Assembly: GCA_012295275.1 (NCBI GenBank)
Contig: CM022669.1
Location: 14,632,001 to 14,696,000 of the forward strand
Direction of reading: 5' to 3'
DNA: 64,000 nucleotides
Source of the DNA: Chrysomallon squamiferum
Lineage: Eukaryota > Animalia > Mollusca
Part shown: piece by piece, positions 27,510 to 45,749 of the stretch
How the letters are laid out: each line of letters opens with the position of its first letter
How positions within the stretch are numbered: position 1 is the stretch's first letter
Program-made: the position numbers and the translations under genes
Notes under the pieces: model-generated
Database searches by the model: none
Seen by the model: the letters and a program-made list of their open reading frames with translations, nothing else
Told to the model about the DNA's origin: nothing

Positions 27510-28594
27510 GTTTGTTGTTGTTGTTGTTGTTGTTGTTGTTCTATTGTTCTCCTTCACAGAAATCAAGATGTAAAAAGCGTTATATCATGATATAAATTCT
27601 GTTAATCTAAGTCATCGTGATTATACAATTTCGAAAATTTTTCGTCTTCATAAATCGTGTTAGACATCACATCAAACAAAACGACGACACCCTTTCTTGC
27701 GACAGACGTGAGGAACGTGACCGGATTGATTACGACAGAAACCACAACGACTTTTTTTATTAACAGTCGGTCAACATGACGGCTCTGAGTCGTTCGCGCC
27801 ATTTTGCCGACGTCATTATGGCCTGACGACCTATAAATTCAGACTGGAACCCCCCCGGGCAGACGATAAAAAAAAAAAATAATAATAACATGGGATAAAT
27901 GTATAGTCTGTTTCTAATTCCCAGCAGTGATACACATAAAAATTATTCCTTCTGTTCTTTCAGTGTTATTATTCAGAGATTTCAAACACCATAAAAATCG
28001 GTTATTTGTATATACAAATGAAAATTAGTATATGCTTATTTGTAAAGTATATCCTTTTCTTTCCTTAAGTAATCACTAAAGTTAAACATTAGATTCGATT
28101 TTTTAATATACAATTATGAAGAATAGAGTTTTTAAAATAGCTGTTGTTTTGGGTTGGCTGCAGCTGCATTAAAGTCTCTTTAATGATATCTGAGAATTTC
28201 ATGGTTACTTTTGCAATTTCTTAATACTTCTAATAATGAATTTTAAAAAATAAAAGTGTATAAAAAAAATACGAAGGCGTTATAACAAAATTCATTATAT
28301 CATATCCTGAGCTTATATATATAATATAATTATTTATATCAAATAATGAGATTATGTAATATAATTTAGAATATATATATATAAATATAACAAATCTCAA
28401 AGCTAATAACGTTCCAGAATATAAGTATTAAATCTAAAGTGTACATTTTGTGATGGAATAAAATAAAATAAAGCAAAATAAAATAAAATAAAAAAAAAAA
28501 AAGAAAGAAAAATGTCTAATTATATTCAGGAGGAAAATCGCAGAGTTATTGTATCTTTCATAAACAATATAATATATGATTTTCTCAATAAGTT

Positions 28595-28689
<95 letters not shown>

Positions 28690-29414
28690 AAACATTAAAT
28701 AAATAAATAAAAATATATATATATATATAAATAAATATTAAATAAATAAATAAATAAATATTAAATAAATAAAAATATATCAAATCCAAGCCAGCAAGTC
28801 AGGTTAGGATACTTCATGCATATCGCATGCACTTACATTGCGTGTCATATGAATGACGTGAAAAACAGGTATCAGACGACATCTCAATGAAATGAAGTAA
28901 CTGTCAGAAATGACGACAGACTTTGTCTTTTGACAAACTTCAAATAAATCGGGATTTCTCTTTATATTTTTTTTTATCACTTTTTTTTTTTTTTTTATTA
29001 CAGATATTTTATTACCAATATTAGGACACTGTACTTTCTCGTGATTAATATTCATACACCAATCTAAGGGAGCCTTCCGACAAACCCATTTTTTTTTTTT
29101 TTTTTTTTTTTTTTTCACCAATCAATTTTCTTTTCATTTTTGTTTGTATCGTAAGACCGAAATTCATTTGATACTCAAAGATAAACAATGATTTCGCTCC
29201 CTTATCTTAAATCTTAGGTCCGCCTCCAACGTTCATTTATTCAAATTTCTCTAAGAATAGGTGCGACAATTATTCGGATATTTTTAAACTGGCCCTAACT
29301 AGAAAACACCACAGGTCATAATATATATAAAGTGTCAGGCTTCACTTTCCTAAAACAGAACTTAAAACATACGTTCTGACGAAAGGGAAAGCGGTACTTG
29401 GTTGCTGCATCAAA

Positions 29415-29622
29415 ATGCTCTTTCCTTTGGCCTTGCTGATGTTCGCCGTCGTCGAGGATGTTGTAGGACATGGTCGACTTCTGGAGCCGCCGTCGCGGCA
29501 AAGTATGTGGCGGTTTGGATACAAAACTCCAATCAACTACAACGACAACGAGTTGTATTGTGGTGGTTTTGCGGTAAGATAGCGAACAGAATAAAACTGA
29601 CATGTTTTATTATTATTAATTA

Positions 29623-29669
<47 letters not shown>

Positions 29670-30101
29670 ATTATTATTATTATTATTACATACAGGCTGA
29701 GGATCCCATATCCGATATTTCTGAATCCAGAATTTTTTTTAGGGGCAGCAAAATAGTTTATTACAGTTTATTTTATTTTATTTTATTTTATTGTGCATGC
29801 GTGCGTGCGTGCGTGCGTGTGTGTGTACAAAACTATTAAATAAATTATTTATGAAACTCCAGACAACTACAACGACAACGAGTTATATTATGGTAAGATC
29901 TTTCTTGTGTGTTAATATATATTATATTAAATTTCTGCAGACTGTTTATATAAGCCGTATATGAAATATAAATGGAATTAAGGTTTAAACGTAATCGTTT
30001 ATTCTCTGGCAGTCTCACAAGCATTTCGGATAAAGGATTCTCAACCTGTATTATTATTATTATTACTGAGTACGATATTATATCAGTAAGTATGTAACAC
30101 A

Positions 30102-30192
<91 letters not shown>

Positions 30193-31356
30193 TATCTGCA
30201 TTAGTTTCTTTATGCATGTCGGAATTCTTTATATTATGTACTGTGCATAAATCCCTGACGTATATTTTGCCGCACTACAGTCATTCAGTGACGTCATTTA
30301 TTTAACAGTATCAATGGGAAAAAAACGGTGGCAAGTGTGGCGTGTGTGGCGATCCCTGGGACAAGCCACATGAAAACGAAGCGGGTGGAAAATACGCCAC
30401 AGGAATTATTGTGCGCCATTATAAACAAGGGCAGATAATTGACATCACTTTAGAGATTACGGCCAATCACAAAGGTATATTATAATTAATATATAATTAT
30501 AAGGTTTATATTCGCTGCTGTAAAATTTCATTTTGAAAAATCATCATTATTATTTTTTTCTTCTTAATTATTATTATTATTATGATGATTATTATGATTG
30601 TTTATTGTTATTATGGTTGTTGTTGTTGTTGATATTATTATTCGGCTGCAAAGAGAATTAAAAACAGTAGGTTTCAAAAACAGTTTTATTGTGAGATAAT
30701 TTTATTTATTTTTATGTTTTTCCTGTAGCTATATTAATATTTAATCAGTAATTAAATAAAAATTAAACAAAAATTAAAATATCTTCGAAAGACAATAAAT
30801 CTTAACTACATCTAATCATTAAACATAAATAAATAACTCAATAAATCAATAAATCAATAACAAAAAAAAACAAAACAATACTTATAATAATAATTCACTT
30901 TTCATATCTGTTTTTATTTTGTGTTGCTATTACTATTAGTATAAATCTCTATTCTTAATATTTTACTGAACCAGGCTATTTCGAATTTCGAATCTGTCCT
31001 AATAACGATGTCAATAAACGGGTCACACAGAAATGTCTTGACAAGTATTTGCTACAGCTGGAAGATGGAAGTACAAAGTACTTCGTAAGGACAAGGCGAA
31101 CGGGACTTTACAAAATGAAACTGCGACTGCCCGACAAGGTCACGTGCAGTCAGTGTTTGCTGCAGTGGAAGTACAATGCAGGTATGCAAGACACATAAAA
31201 CTCATTCCGCCTCGTTCTCATGCTGCGTCTGCCTGAGAAATGTAGTCTGCTCCTCTTCGTTTTCTCCGACTGTGATTCATTTTCTGTTGTCGTTCTGCCC
31301 AGTTTTACTTAATCTTTTGTCTCTCACTCATTTGGCCTCTTCGAATATGTTCATAA

Positions 31357-31444
<88 letters not shown>

Positions 31445-31941
31445 ATCTTATCAGAATATATAGAACTTCATTGTATTTCTTTTTCTTTTTTTTTGTTATT
31501 TTATTATTGCTTTTTATTTACTTACTTAATTACTTGCCTTTGGTAACTATTGACACCTATATAACATTTTTTTTCATTCAAGGAAATTCGTGGGGTTGTG
31601 AAAACAGTCATTGCTGTGTGGGCTGTGGTCATCAAGAACAGTTCTACGGCTGCGCAGACGTTTCCATCTCGTCAGTGTACGGTCCTTTTCCGACGCCACC
31701 GACTACGCCCTGGATACCACGCCCGACCACTCCCTGGATACCACGCCCGACCACGCCCTGGATACCACGACCGACCACACCCTGGATACCACGACCGACA
31801 ACGTCCGATTTTGATTTTAAGAACTGCCACGCTCTTGGTCGCTGGACTGGAAACGCTGGTATGACGTATTGGTGCATACTTAATTGCTCCCGTGGGTCGT
31901 GTCCTACAGGTCTTTGTTCTCCGGAATGCAGACAACACTGA
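29415..31941 (+). CDS. Secreted lytic polysaccharide monooxygenase (AA15 / chitin-binding type-4 family), copy 1, with PTTPWIPR linker and C-terminal Cys-rich domain
   Basis: Exons 29415-29573, 30309-30474, 30975-31181 and 31583-31941, all GT-AG and phase-consistent. Signal peptide ends ...VVG|HGRLLEPPSR (His1). Further motifs: YNDNELYCGG, GKCGVCGDPW, ITANHKGYFEFRICP (second brace His), CSQCLLQWKYNAGNSWG, GCGHQEQFYGCAD. Confidence 0.92.
31700..31803 (+). repeat. Coding 24-bp tandem repeat encoding (PTTPWIPR)x4 linker
   Basis: CCGACCACGCCCTGGATACCACGC-type units inside LPMO copy 1 exon 4. Confidence 0.92.
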
Positions 31942-32064
31942 AATAAACTAGTTTTGTTATGTTCATTTGTTGTTGGTGTGTTTTTGTTGTTTTTATTGTT
32001 GTTTTTTTTTTTTTTTTTTTTTTTTTGAGAGGTATGTCTTCTTATTTTATATAATTTTTTTAAA

Positions 32065-32095
<31 letters not shown>

Positions 32096-32310
32096 GTTAC
32101 TATTGCTATTATTATTTTATTTATTTAATTTATTTTATTTATTTTATTATTACAGCAATATATTAAGACTATTTTATTGATTTGTTGTTTAGTCGATCTC
32201 TGTATTTTCGTTTATTTATTCAAGTTTTAGACGTTTGAAGTTGTTATTAACTTAATTGTGGAAACTTTCATTTTACACTACCCAATAATGGATCTCATAA
32301 TATTGTTTCG

Positions 32311-32344
<34 letters not shown>

Positions 32345-32358
32345 CCACACACACATAT

Positions 32359-32400
<42 letters not shown>

Positions 32401-33428
32401 ATACAGGAACCCGCACCCAGAGATTTCGAACACCATAAAAATTCATCATTTACATTTAGCGACTATCAGTATATGCTTATTTATAAGGTGTATCTTTAAA
32501 GTAAAATATCATAATTCATTTTTTTTTTTTTTTTAAACCTGCATTAAAGTCTGTCCATAATACGATTAATAATATTTGAAAATATTATGGCTATTGTTGC
32601 GGTTTTTCAACATTTTTAATAATAATTCGTTTTAAAGTTAAAAACAAATAAATAAAATACTGAGCCTATATAATACAATTCTGTATATCAAAAGTTTCTT
32701 TCACAAATCTGCCAATTCAGTATCCACGCTCCTCTACATATGTGCAAAAAAAATCAATAAAAAAAAAAAAAACATCTGCTGACTTTCCAGAATATAAGTA
32801 TAAAATTTAAAGTGTACATTTGGTAATACAAAGGAAAATTCTAAATATGTTCGTGAGTAAAATTGTTCTTATAATTTCTTTCATATATATATATAAGGCT
32901 ACGTTAACAATTTTGAAGAAAAAAAAAACCAATCAAGTTATCATACTTCACGTGTTGCATCTCTATCGTATGCACGTGCACTGCATGCAGCTGAATTAGA
33001 ATTCGTGAAAAACAGGCACCAACTGATACGGCACTGAAATCTCACTGAAATGAATTAACTGTGAGAAGTAATGTCTATTTTACGATACAACTTGGTTTTT
33101 TGATACATTTTATTATCAGTATTGTAAGACAGTGTTTGTTTATTATTATTATTATTATTATTTTTTTTTTTTTATTAATATTCATACACAGATCTAAGGG
33201 AGGTTTCCAACCGACCAATTTTTCACTTCCATAAATGTTTTTTGTTTTTTTGGGGGGAGGGTTGAGGGGAGGTTCGGGGGTGGCAGTTATCCAAATATTT
33301 TTAACTGGCCCTAACCAGAAAACCCCACACGACGTTATAATATACAGAAGTGTCTGCTTCATTTTCTTAAAACAGATTGAAAAAAGAAGTATTATCTAAG
33401 GGAAAGCGGTATTTGATTACGTGTCAGA

Positions 33429-35449
<2,021 letters not shown>

Positions 35450-36631
35450 GACAACTAACTTTGATTTTGAGGATTGCCAAACTCGATGTCGATGGACCGG
35501 TAAATGCTGGCATGACGTTGTGGTGCAGACTGAATTGCCAACGTGGGTCGTGTCGTAGAGATCTTTGTTCTCCTTAATGCAGACAACAAACTGGATATTC
35601 TTGTTTTGTTATGCTTGTTTGTTTGTTTGTTCTTTTGATTCGTTTTACTTGGGACAATGATTTATTTTGATGGTCAAACAATCCTGTATTTGATATCGAA
35701 TAATAATTAATATAAAAAAAAATATGTCCGTTTATTCTTAGTTTTGTTTCATAACCTTCTGCAGCTTTTATACTGAAATCGTGCTGACTGATTCGAGGGA
35801 AATCTAAATTTCATGTCTCATTGAATTGTAATGTAAACAGGGGCGTATCAGACCGTTCAGAAGTGGAATTTTGTTTGTTCTACTTGTCAAAATGAAACTA
35901 ATCTTACTATATATACAACGACAACAGTAACAAATATACATCGATATTCCTCTGCTCTGGTAAACTGTTTATATTCGAAATTATCTAAAGAACTAATTGC
36001 CTTCGTATCATCAACTGCTATTCCGGAAATTAATAAATAATAAATTATGGACGAAGGGTTGCGAAACACTGCTATCATTTGTAACTGCTCACGGAATTTT
36101 CATCGAAATTATATGAATAAGTCCCTAAAAAAAAAAAATAATTAAAAAATAAATAAAAAAATAAAAAAGGAAAAACCAGTCAAAAGCGTAAACATGAACA
36201 CGACGTACACGACGTACACACCATCATGTACAAACGATCAAACACATTTAGATAGGCCTACACACTTATAAAGAGAAACGCGTAGAAATACATTCATGTA
36301 CATATACTCAAAATTGGAGACGAATGCACGCCTGGGGATCTTCTGAGGCATTTTATTTTTCTATCTTTTTTTCGAATCTTTTTTTTTTTTTTTTGTGCAC
36401 TAAATTCTTCAACTGATGTTATCATCGGCATTATTATTTGACCTTGAAAGCATGAGAAACTAATCGTTGTTGTTTAGATCTTTCGACGGGTTTCATCATG
36501 CGATGAACTACACGCAATGAATCATAGATGTTTCCCTGCTGCAGGATTGGCTCATAGGGGAAACCTAATTACAGAAAAATAGAAGAGGATATTATGTTGA
36601 ATAATTACAGACAAGCTCGAATATTCTCGGG

Positions 36632-36698
<67 letters not shown>

Positions 36699-38353
36699 TT
36701 GTTTGCTTTACGCACGTGCGTAAGGGGATATATCTCTGCATGCGTACTTGCACATGCAGATGGTTTTAAACATATACAACACACGTTCGTGCATATAAAC
36801 TTTTACCCATACACTTTGCAGTTAGCGACACGTTTGTATACAGATAAAATAGCAAACACATACAGTTTACCTGTATGCATAGGTACAGAAAAACATCCAC
36901 AGTTTTGCAAATATGTACATTATGTTTTAACAAGTCAACACCAAAGTTTGTGGTTTATGGTGAATTATGGAGAAATCCTTTGTCTATAAGTGTTAAAGTA
37001 AGAATGATCACATTCTGGGCAAAGGTTGTAAAAGCAGTAAAGAGTATAAACTGTCTGGTGTGCTATACTTGCTATTATCGTTTAACCATAGAATAAATGC
37101 TTTAATCAAGTCATTGTTATTTTTTTTTATAAAAGCTATATCAGATGAATGTGGTTTATGTAACATTTATTCATGTGTCTAAGTGGATATCTTGTGGTTG
37201 AAACATATTGTTAATAGAATTTTATGTGATCAATTCTTGCAAAAGTGGAATAGATGTAAACTTGAGTCATCCAAAGACAATAATTATAGAATGTTTAAAT
37301 TAGAAAATTATCTGTTAATGCTGCCAACCAAAACTGTCAGAAGATGATACAAATTTGGAACCAGTTATGTTAAGCTCCCTGTAGAACCTGGCTGATGTTT
37401 TAATATTGAAAACAAAAATCAGAATATGTCATTTATTTAATTCCGATATTAGTGATGAATTCACTATATTTTTAACTCTACACCTCTATCTTTTGAGGGA
37501 AATAAATATATACCATATTATTATTATTATTTTAGATCAAATGCAATAACATTTCAACATTTATTTTCTACAACAACAACAAAAAAGTCACTTTTGTATA
37601 AACTTTCGTGATTTTTACACATTCTCATCGAGAGAGTTAGTCTACCGGGTTAAATAATAATTAATATGTTTTGTGCCACTACAGAAAATACGGTTTAAAC
37701 TAAGTTGTGTTTACATCTTCTCAAAAACTGCAAGCGGTGCAGTTTTTAGAGAAATAAACTTCTTGTCTTGTAAAACGAATTAATCAATCGATCAATTTAT
37801 CAGTCAACAAAATGTGAAACAATAACCTTGCCCATAACAAGTTAGCCAGTGAATGACCTTGCGAATTTTATCTATAATTATCAAGTAAAACCAGTCCCTT
37901 ACGTTTCGACTGCGACATTCTGCAATATAAAATAAACCATACTAAGAGGCTGTTTGCTGACAGCTTGTTGCCGTCAAGATTGATGATGCTGATTATTTTT
38001 GTTGCCGTAGTTGCTGTCTACGTGACAAATTGAAATTTCGTTGCTAAAAAGTCTGGTGATAAGTAATAATAATAAAAAAAACCTGTTAGTAATCTTTTTT
38101 CTTTTCTTTTTATTTATTTATTTTTTTTTTTTATTACTGTATTATCAGTGTTATCGATTTATAACAGCCTTTATTTTTTTTTAACATTTTCCTTCCTGAC
38201 CTTTCTGGTATTTATGTATTTTTGTAAGCTGTTAGCTGTTGGGTATGGTTAGTTTTTGCAACCCGATCGTAAAGAGAGTAGCCATGGGCGATTGGTATCC
38301 AGATTTACTCTAAGATTTTTATCTTTTTTTATTTATTTTAATCTCTTTATTCT

Positions 38354-38402
<49 letters not shown>

Positions 38403-38488
38403 TTTTGTTCAGTTACTTAACAGGCAAAAATCTGTCTCCAAAATTCCTGTAAAGATTGTGATCGTTCAAACCACTGATTTACTGTGGA

Positions 38489-40554
38489 TTAATGCTCAAT
38501 AAGATCGCATATTTCAAATTTCCATCGTCTGTCTCTGAAATGAAAAAAAAAAAAAAAAAGTGTTAAATTTAATAAACTTTCAGGTTAGTTAATTATTATA
38601 GTATCTTAATTAACTACTTACAGTTACATCTTCTGTCATTATAAATATTTATTGCACACATATACACAATCAAACATACATACATACATACATAAATACA
38701 CAGACACACATACACACGTGCCTACATGCGTACAAACGTATATACTACACACACATGTATAGATATATATGCATACATTTATATAAACTCAAAAAAGGCA
38801 AATTGTCCATTTGTATTTGTACTGGACAATAATTGGGGTAAAAGTATATTTAAGGTAGCTACTGTTCATGAAATCAGTTATCAAAAAATACATAAACATA
38901 TCTAAACAAATTATGGATATGACATCCTGCTGATGTTCTGAATAGACGGAGACGTATAACAAAGGAGAATTAAAAACACAAACGTACTCATAACTGTTTA
39001 AATGGTAGCTGTCTGCCCCTCGCAGAACTTTTCCCGCGGACACGACAAACTCCATGTGTTCATCAAATCTGTTTACGTGTTTCGTATATTCGCAGTCAGC
39101 TGCCAAGTAGCCTGGAAAAATGTGCAACAACATATCTCCTTTATTGAAACTAGATACTGCCATTTACTTTATACAGAATCCACTAGGTTATTCATAATAT
39201 TCATAAAAAGGAATGCGAACTTTAAGCCTTTAAAAATAAAATTATTTAAATGTTGTTGTTGTTGTTGTTGTTGTTGTTATTATTATTTATTTATTAATTA
39301 ATAAATTAATTAAATAAATAATAAAAATTTAAATACAAATGAAAGTAACCAGTAGTAATCATATCCTAGGAAGTTGCTAGTATTTCTTGCGGTTTTCACG
39401 GCTAACACGCTCAGTTCTTTTGTATACTCGTATAAAGTCCCAAGTTCTACTTTTAACTGTTAGGTTAGATCTATGACACCCTTGAAGACCTGTCGATTTT
39501 TGTCAAAGAACCAGTAATGTTGTATCTATTCTATTATTAAATGATTCTGGTTCAATAATAACTTTCTAAACTTTTTTCCTTATTTATTTTTATTTATTTA
39601 TTTATTTTAAATGATCTTAGTTTGGGTGAAAGATTATACCTGTTGCTTGGCAGCACTCAAATTTAAATCTTCTGTCTTCGTAATTGTTGTCATGGTAACT
39701 AGATATTCCTGTGACGATTCAATTCAAAGGACATTGATAAAATACTGGATTGTCGAACTCATTAACATACCCTACAAATAGTTGCCATATAACACTTAGA
39801 ACCGAAATGAACTTTTCAGCGTTTTACCAAATAACTGCAAGGATCTGAAAGCAAGCTTCTTACGTAATGTTAATTAATTTAGTTGTCGTGCACATCTCAC
39901 TAACATGCTGTTGATGACGTTGTTTTTATTTGTTACAGTTGGCAATTTTGATTTTGGTTTTTATATTTTTTGTATTTGGTTCCCTTTCTTTCTGTTGTTG
40001 TTGTTGTTGTTGTTCTTTCTTTCTTTAATTTTTCTTATTTTACCCCCCCCCCCAAAAAAAAATACCAGGCGAGTAGGTCTTGGAAATTCAGGTTAATATT
40101 CTCACTAAGGAATTAAAAGAAAACTTCGAGCATTCGAAAACTCGGGGGGAAAAAATAATAAATAATAACAATGGCAACACGAAATTTTCAGACAAATACA
40201 TATAACGGATTATAAAAAGTCGGAATAAAAATGTTGAAAACTGTCTATATCTTTTAAAAATCAAATATAAAAATTCAGACGTGATCAATGTTTTAGATTT
40301 GTTTAAAGTTGGAGATTGGGTCCGCTGTTGCCTGAGGACAGAATAATCATTTTTTGATTAGCAACAACGGATTTTTTTGTTCTCATAGACAGGAAATAAA
40401 CCTAGTTTAGGTGGAGCTGGCGGGAATGGGAAGTAAATAAAATTAAAAAATAAGAAAGGGAATGAGATATGATATCATTTCAAACATTTTGTGGGGCTTT
40501 TTTTTTTCTGAAATTATTTAAATATATTATTATTACTATTATTATTATTATTAT

Positions 40555-40620
<66 letters not shown>

Positions 40621-40914
40621 TTCATTCTTTATTTATTATTTTAAGATTAAAAAATAATTGCTGCCACAGAACAGTAATAAAGGCCTTGTCATACCGGACC
40701 ATTCACAGTTCGTCAGTATGACGTCATTTCCTGGAGATCTACAGCTGAAGTCTCAAATCCTGTCTTCAAAGTAATTGTCGTGTAGACTGATAATGTGGGC
40801 GAGAAACTCGCCGCCAGGTCACGTGAACGAAAATGGCTGGTCATACTGGTTGATCCAGCCCAGAGCGCATGTCCACAAACATATGATCACAATAAAACCA
40901 AGTCTTAGCTGCAT
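38489..40914 (-). pseudogene. Dermatopontin / hemagglutinin-amebocyte aggregation factor-like gene with three in-frame TGA codons
   Basis: Exons 40914-40695, 39771-39640, 39111-38988 and 38534-38489 join in frame: MQLRLGFIVIICLWTCALG-WINQYDQPFSFT*PGGEFLAHIISLHDNYFEDRI*DFSC...CEWSGYVNEFDNPVFYQCPLN*IVTGISSYHDNNYEDRRFKFECC...CEYTKHVNRFDEHMEF...SYHLNSYEDRRWKFEICDLIEH*. Three S.H.N..EDR.(W/F).F.C repeats are the dermatopontin signature. Confidence 0.88.
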
Positions 40915-41006
40915 GTTTTTGAAAATGTATTTATTATTAATCTTACCGCTGTTATTAATATTGTTATTATTATTTATTATCATCATCGTCATCATAATCA
41001 TCATCA

Positions 41007-41060
<54 letters not shown>

Positions 41061-41100
41061 TGATAACTAATTCACTGATTTACTCAAATTTGTTTTTTGA

Positions 41101-41190
41101 ATATAATATAATATAATATAATATAATATAATATAATATAATATAATATAATATAATATAATATAATATAATATAATATAATATAATATA
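41101..41190 (+). repeat. (ATATA)n pentanucleotide microsatellite
   Basis: About 18 perfect units, seen directly. Confidence 0.95.
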
Positions 41191-41604
41191 GATTTTAATT
41201 TGATTCTAAATTAATTTCAAATAAAAATTAATTAAGTAAATATAACTATATTAAATAAAAGCCTAATGGAAATTTTACCGTCATGGCTGTTCTATATTTT
41301 TCGCTGAAATGTTTGTCTGAAGTATTTCGTTTTATCTATATGTCAGTCACGTATTCCTAATTTGAAAAACAATGATAAGCCTTTTATCTATAACACAGTA
41401 AACTGTTTGTAGTATTAAATAAAAGAAATAAAATGTATAATATTATTAAAAACAACAACAACAAAAAAACAAAAAAAAAACAGTACAATATGGCAGGGTT
41501 GGAAATATAAAACTGATCAAATAATCAACGCAACATTTTATTTTTGCTTATATACAGTTAAATTATTATTATTATTATTATTATTATATTATTATTATTA
41601 TTAT

Positions 41605-41639
<35 letters not shown>

Positions 41640-41780
41640 ATAGCAGTAGTAGTAATGGTAGAGTGGTAGTGGTGGTCGTCGTAGTAGTAGTGGTAGCAGT
41701 AGTATCAGCAGCATAAACAGCAGTGGTAGTTGTACTAGTAGTTGTACTAGTAGTAGAAGTAGTAGTAGTAGTAGTAGTAA

Positions 41781-41831
<51 letters not shown>

Positions 41832-42050
41832 AAGTAGTAGTAGCAGTATAGTGCCGAAATATTTATTAAGGGAAATAATTGGTATGTGAATACTGTTATT
41901 TTATGTGTGATTATTTCCCCTGAATGAACATTGTGACAATTTCTCTTCGTTTATTTGTTCTGTTTTGTTTTTTTTCCTGCTTAGAATGCTAATGGTGACA
42001 TTATAATATATAACGAATTATATTTGATAAGCTATCTGCACTTTCTAATC

Positions 42051-42086
<36 letters not shown>

Positions 42087-42419
42087 TCGTTGTGATAGAC
42101 AAAGAGTTAAATAAGCAGAAACAAGATAACACTATGTCTTTTATATCTAACTGTTACATGAATATCAGAATAACCACATGTAGGTTAAAACAAGAACAAA
42201 AACGAATGGGCCAGGAAATTTACTGACGCAAATTTTAATGTTAAATCTGAGCATCACAATTATAGTTATAGCAGCTTTTCCAAATATCCTGTTAATATCA
42301 AGCACAAAGGTTTGCATACGAAGATAAGAACATTCAAGCCGTTCTAATATAAAAAAAAATAATAATAAAAAATAGAAAAAAAACCAAAAACATTATAAAA
42401 CGAAACGAAAGAAATTAAA

Positions 42420-42486
<67 letters not shown>

Positions 42487-42608
42487 GTTTAAAAATAATA
42501 ATAATAATAATAAATACAAAAATTATAAATAAAAAAAAGAAAACGAATTGAAAAAAAAAAATTATAATTTTTTTTTTAAAAAGGTTTTTAAAGTCTATAG
42601 ACTATTTT

Positions 42609-45749
<3,141 letters not shown>

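Noticed and set aside
27602-27802. 66-aa minus-strand ORF MARTTQSRH... with good start context
   Set aside because: No recognisable domain or linked exons; better explained as a CpG-rich regulatory or TE-derived patch.
39686-39699. Perfect RFX X-box-like GTTGTCATGGTAAC
   Set aside because: It lies within dermatopontin coding sequence (SYHDN codons), so it is explained by the protein motif.
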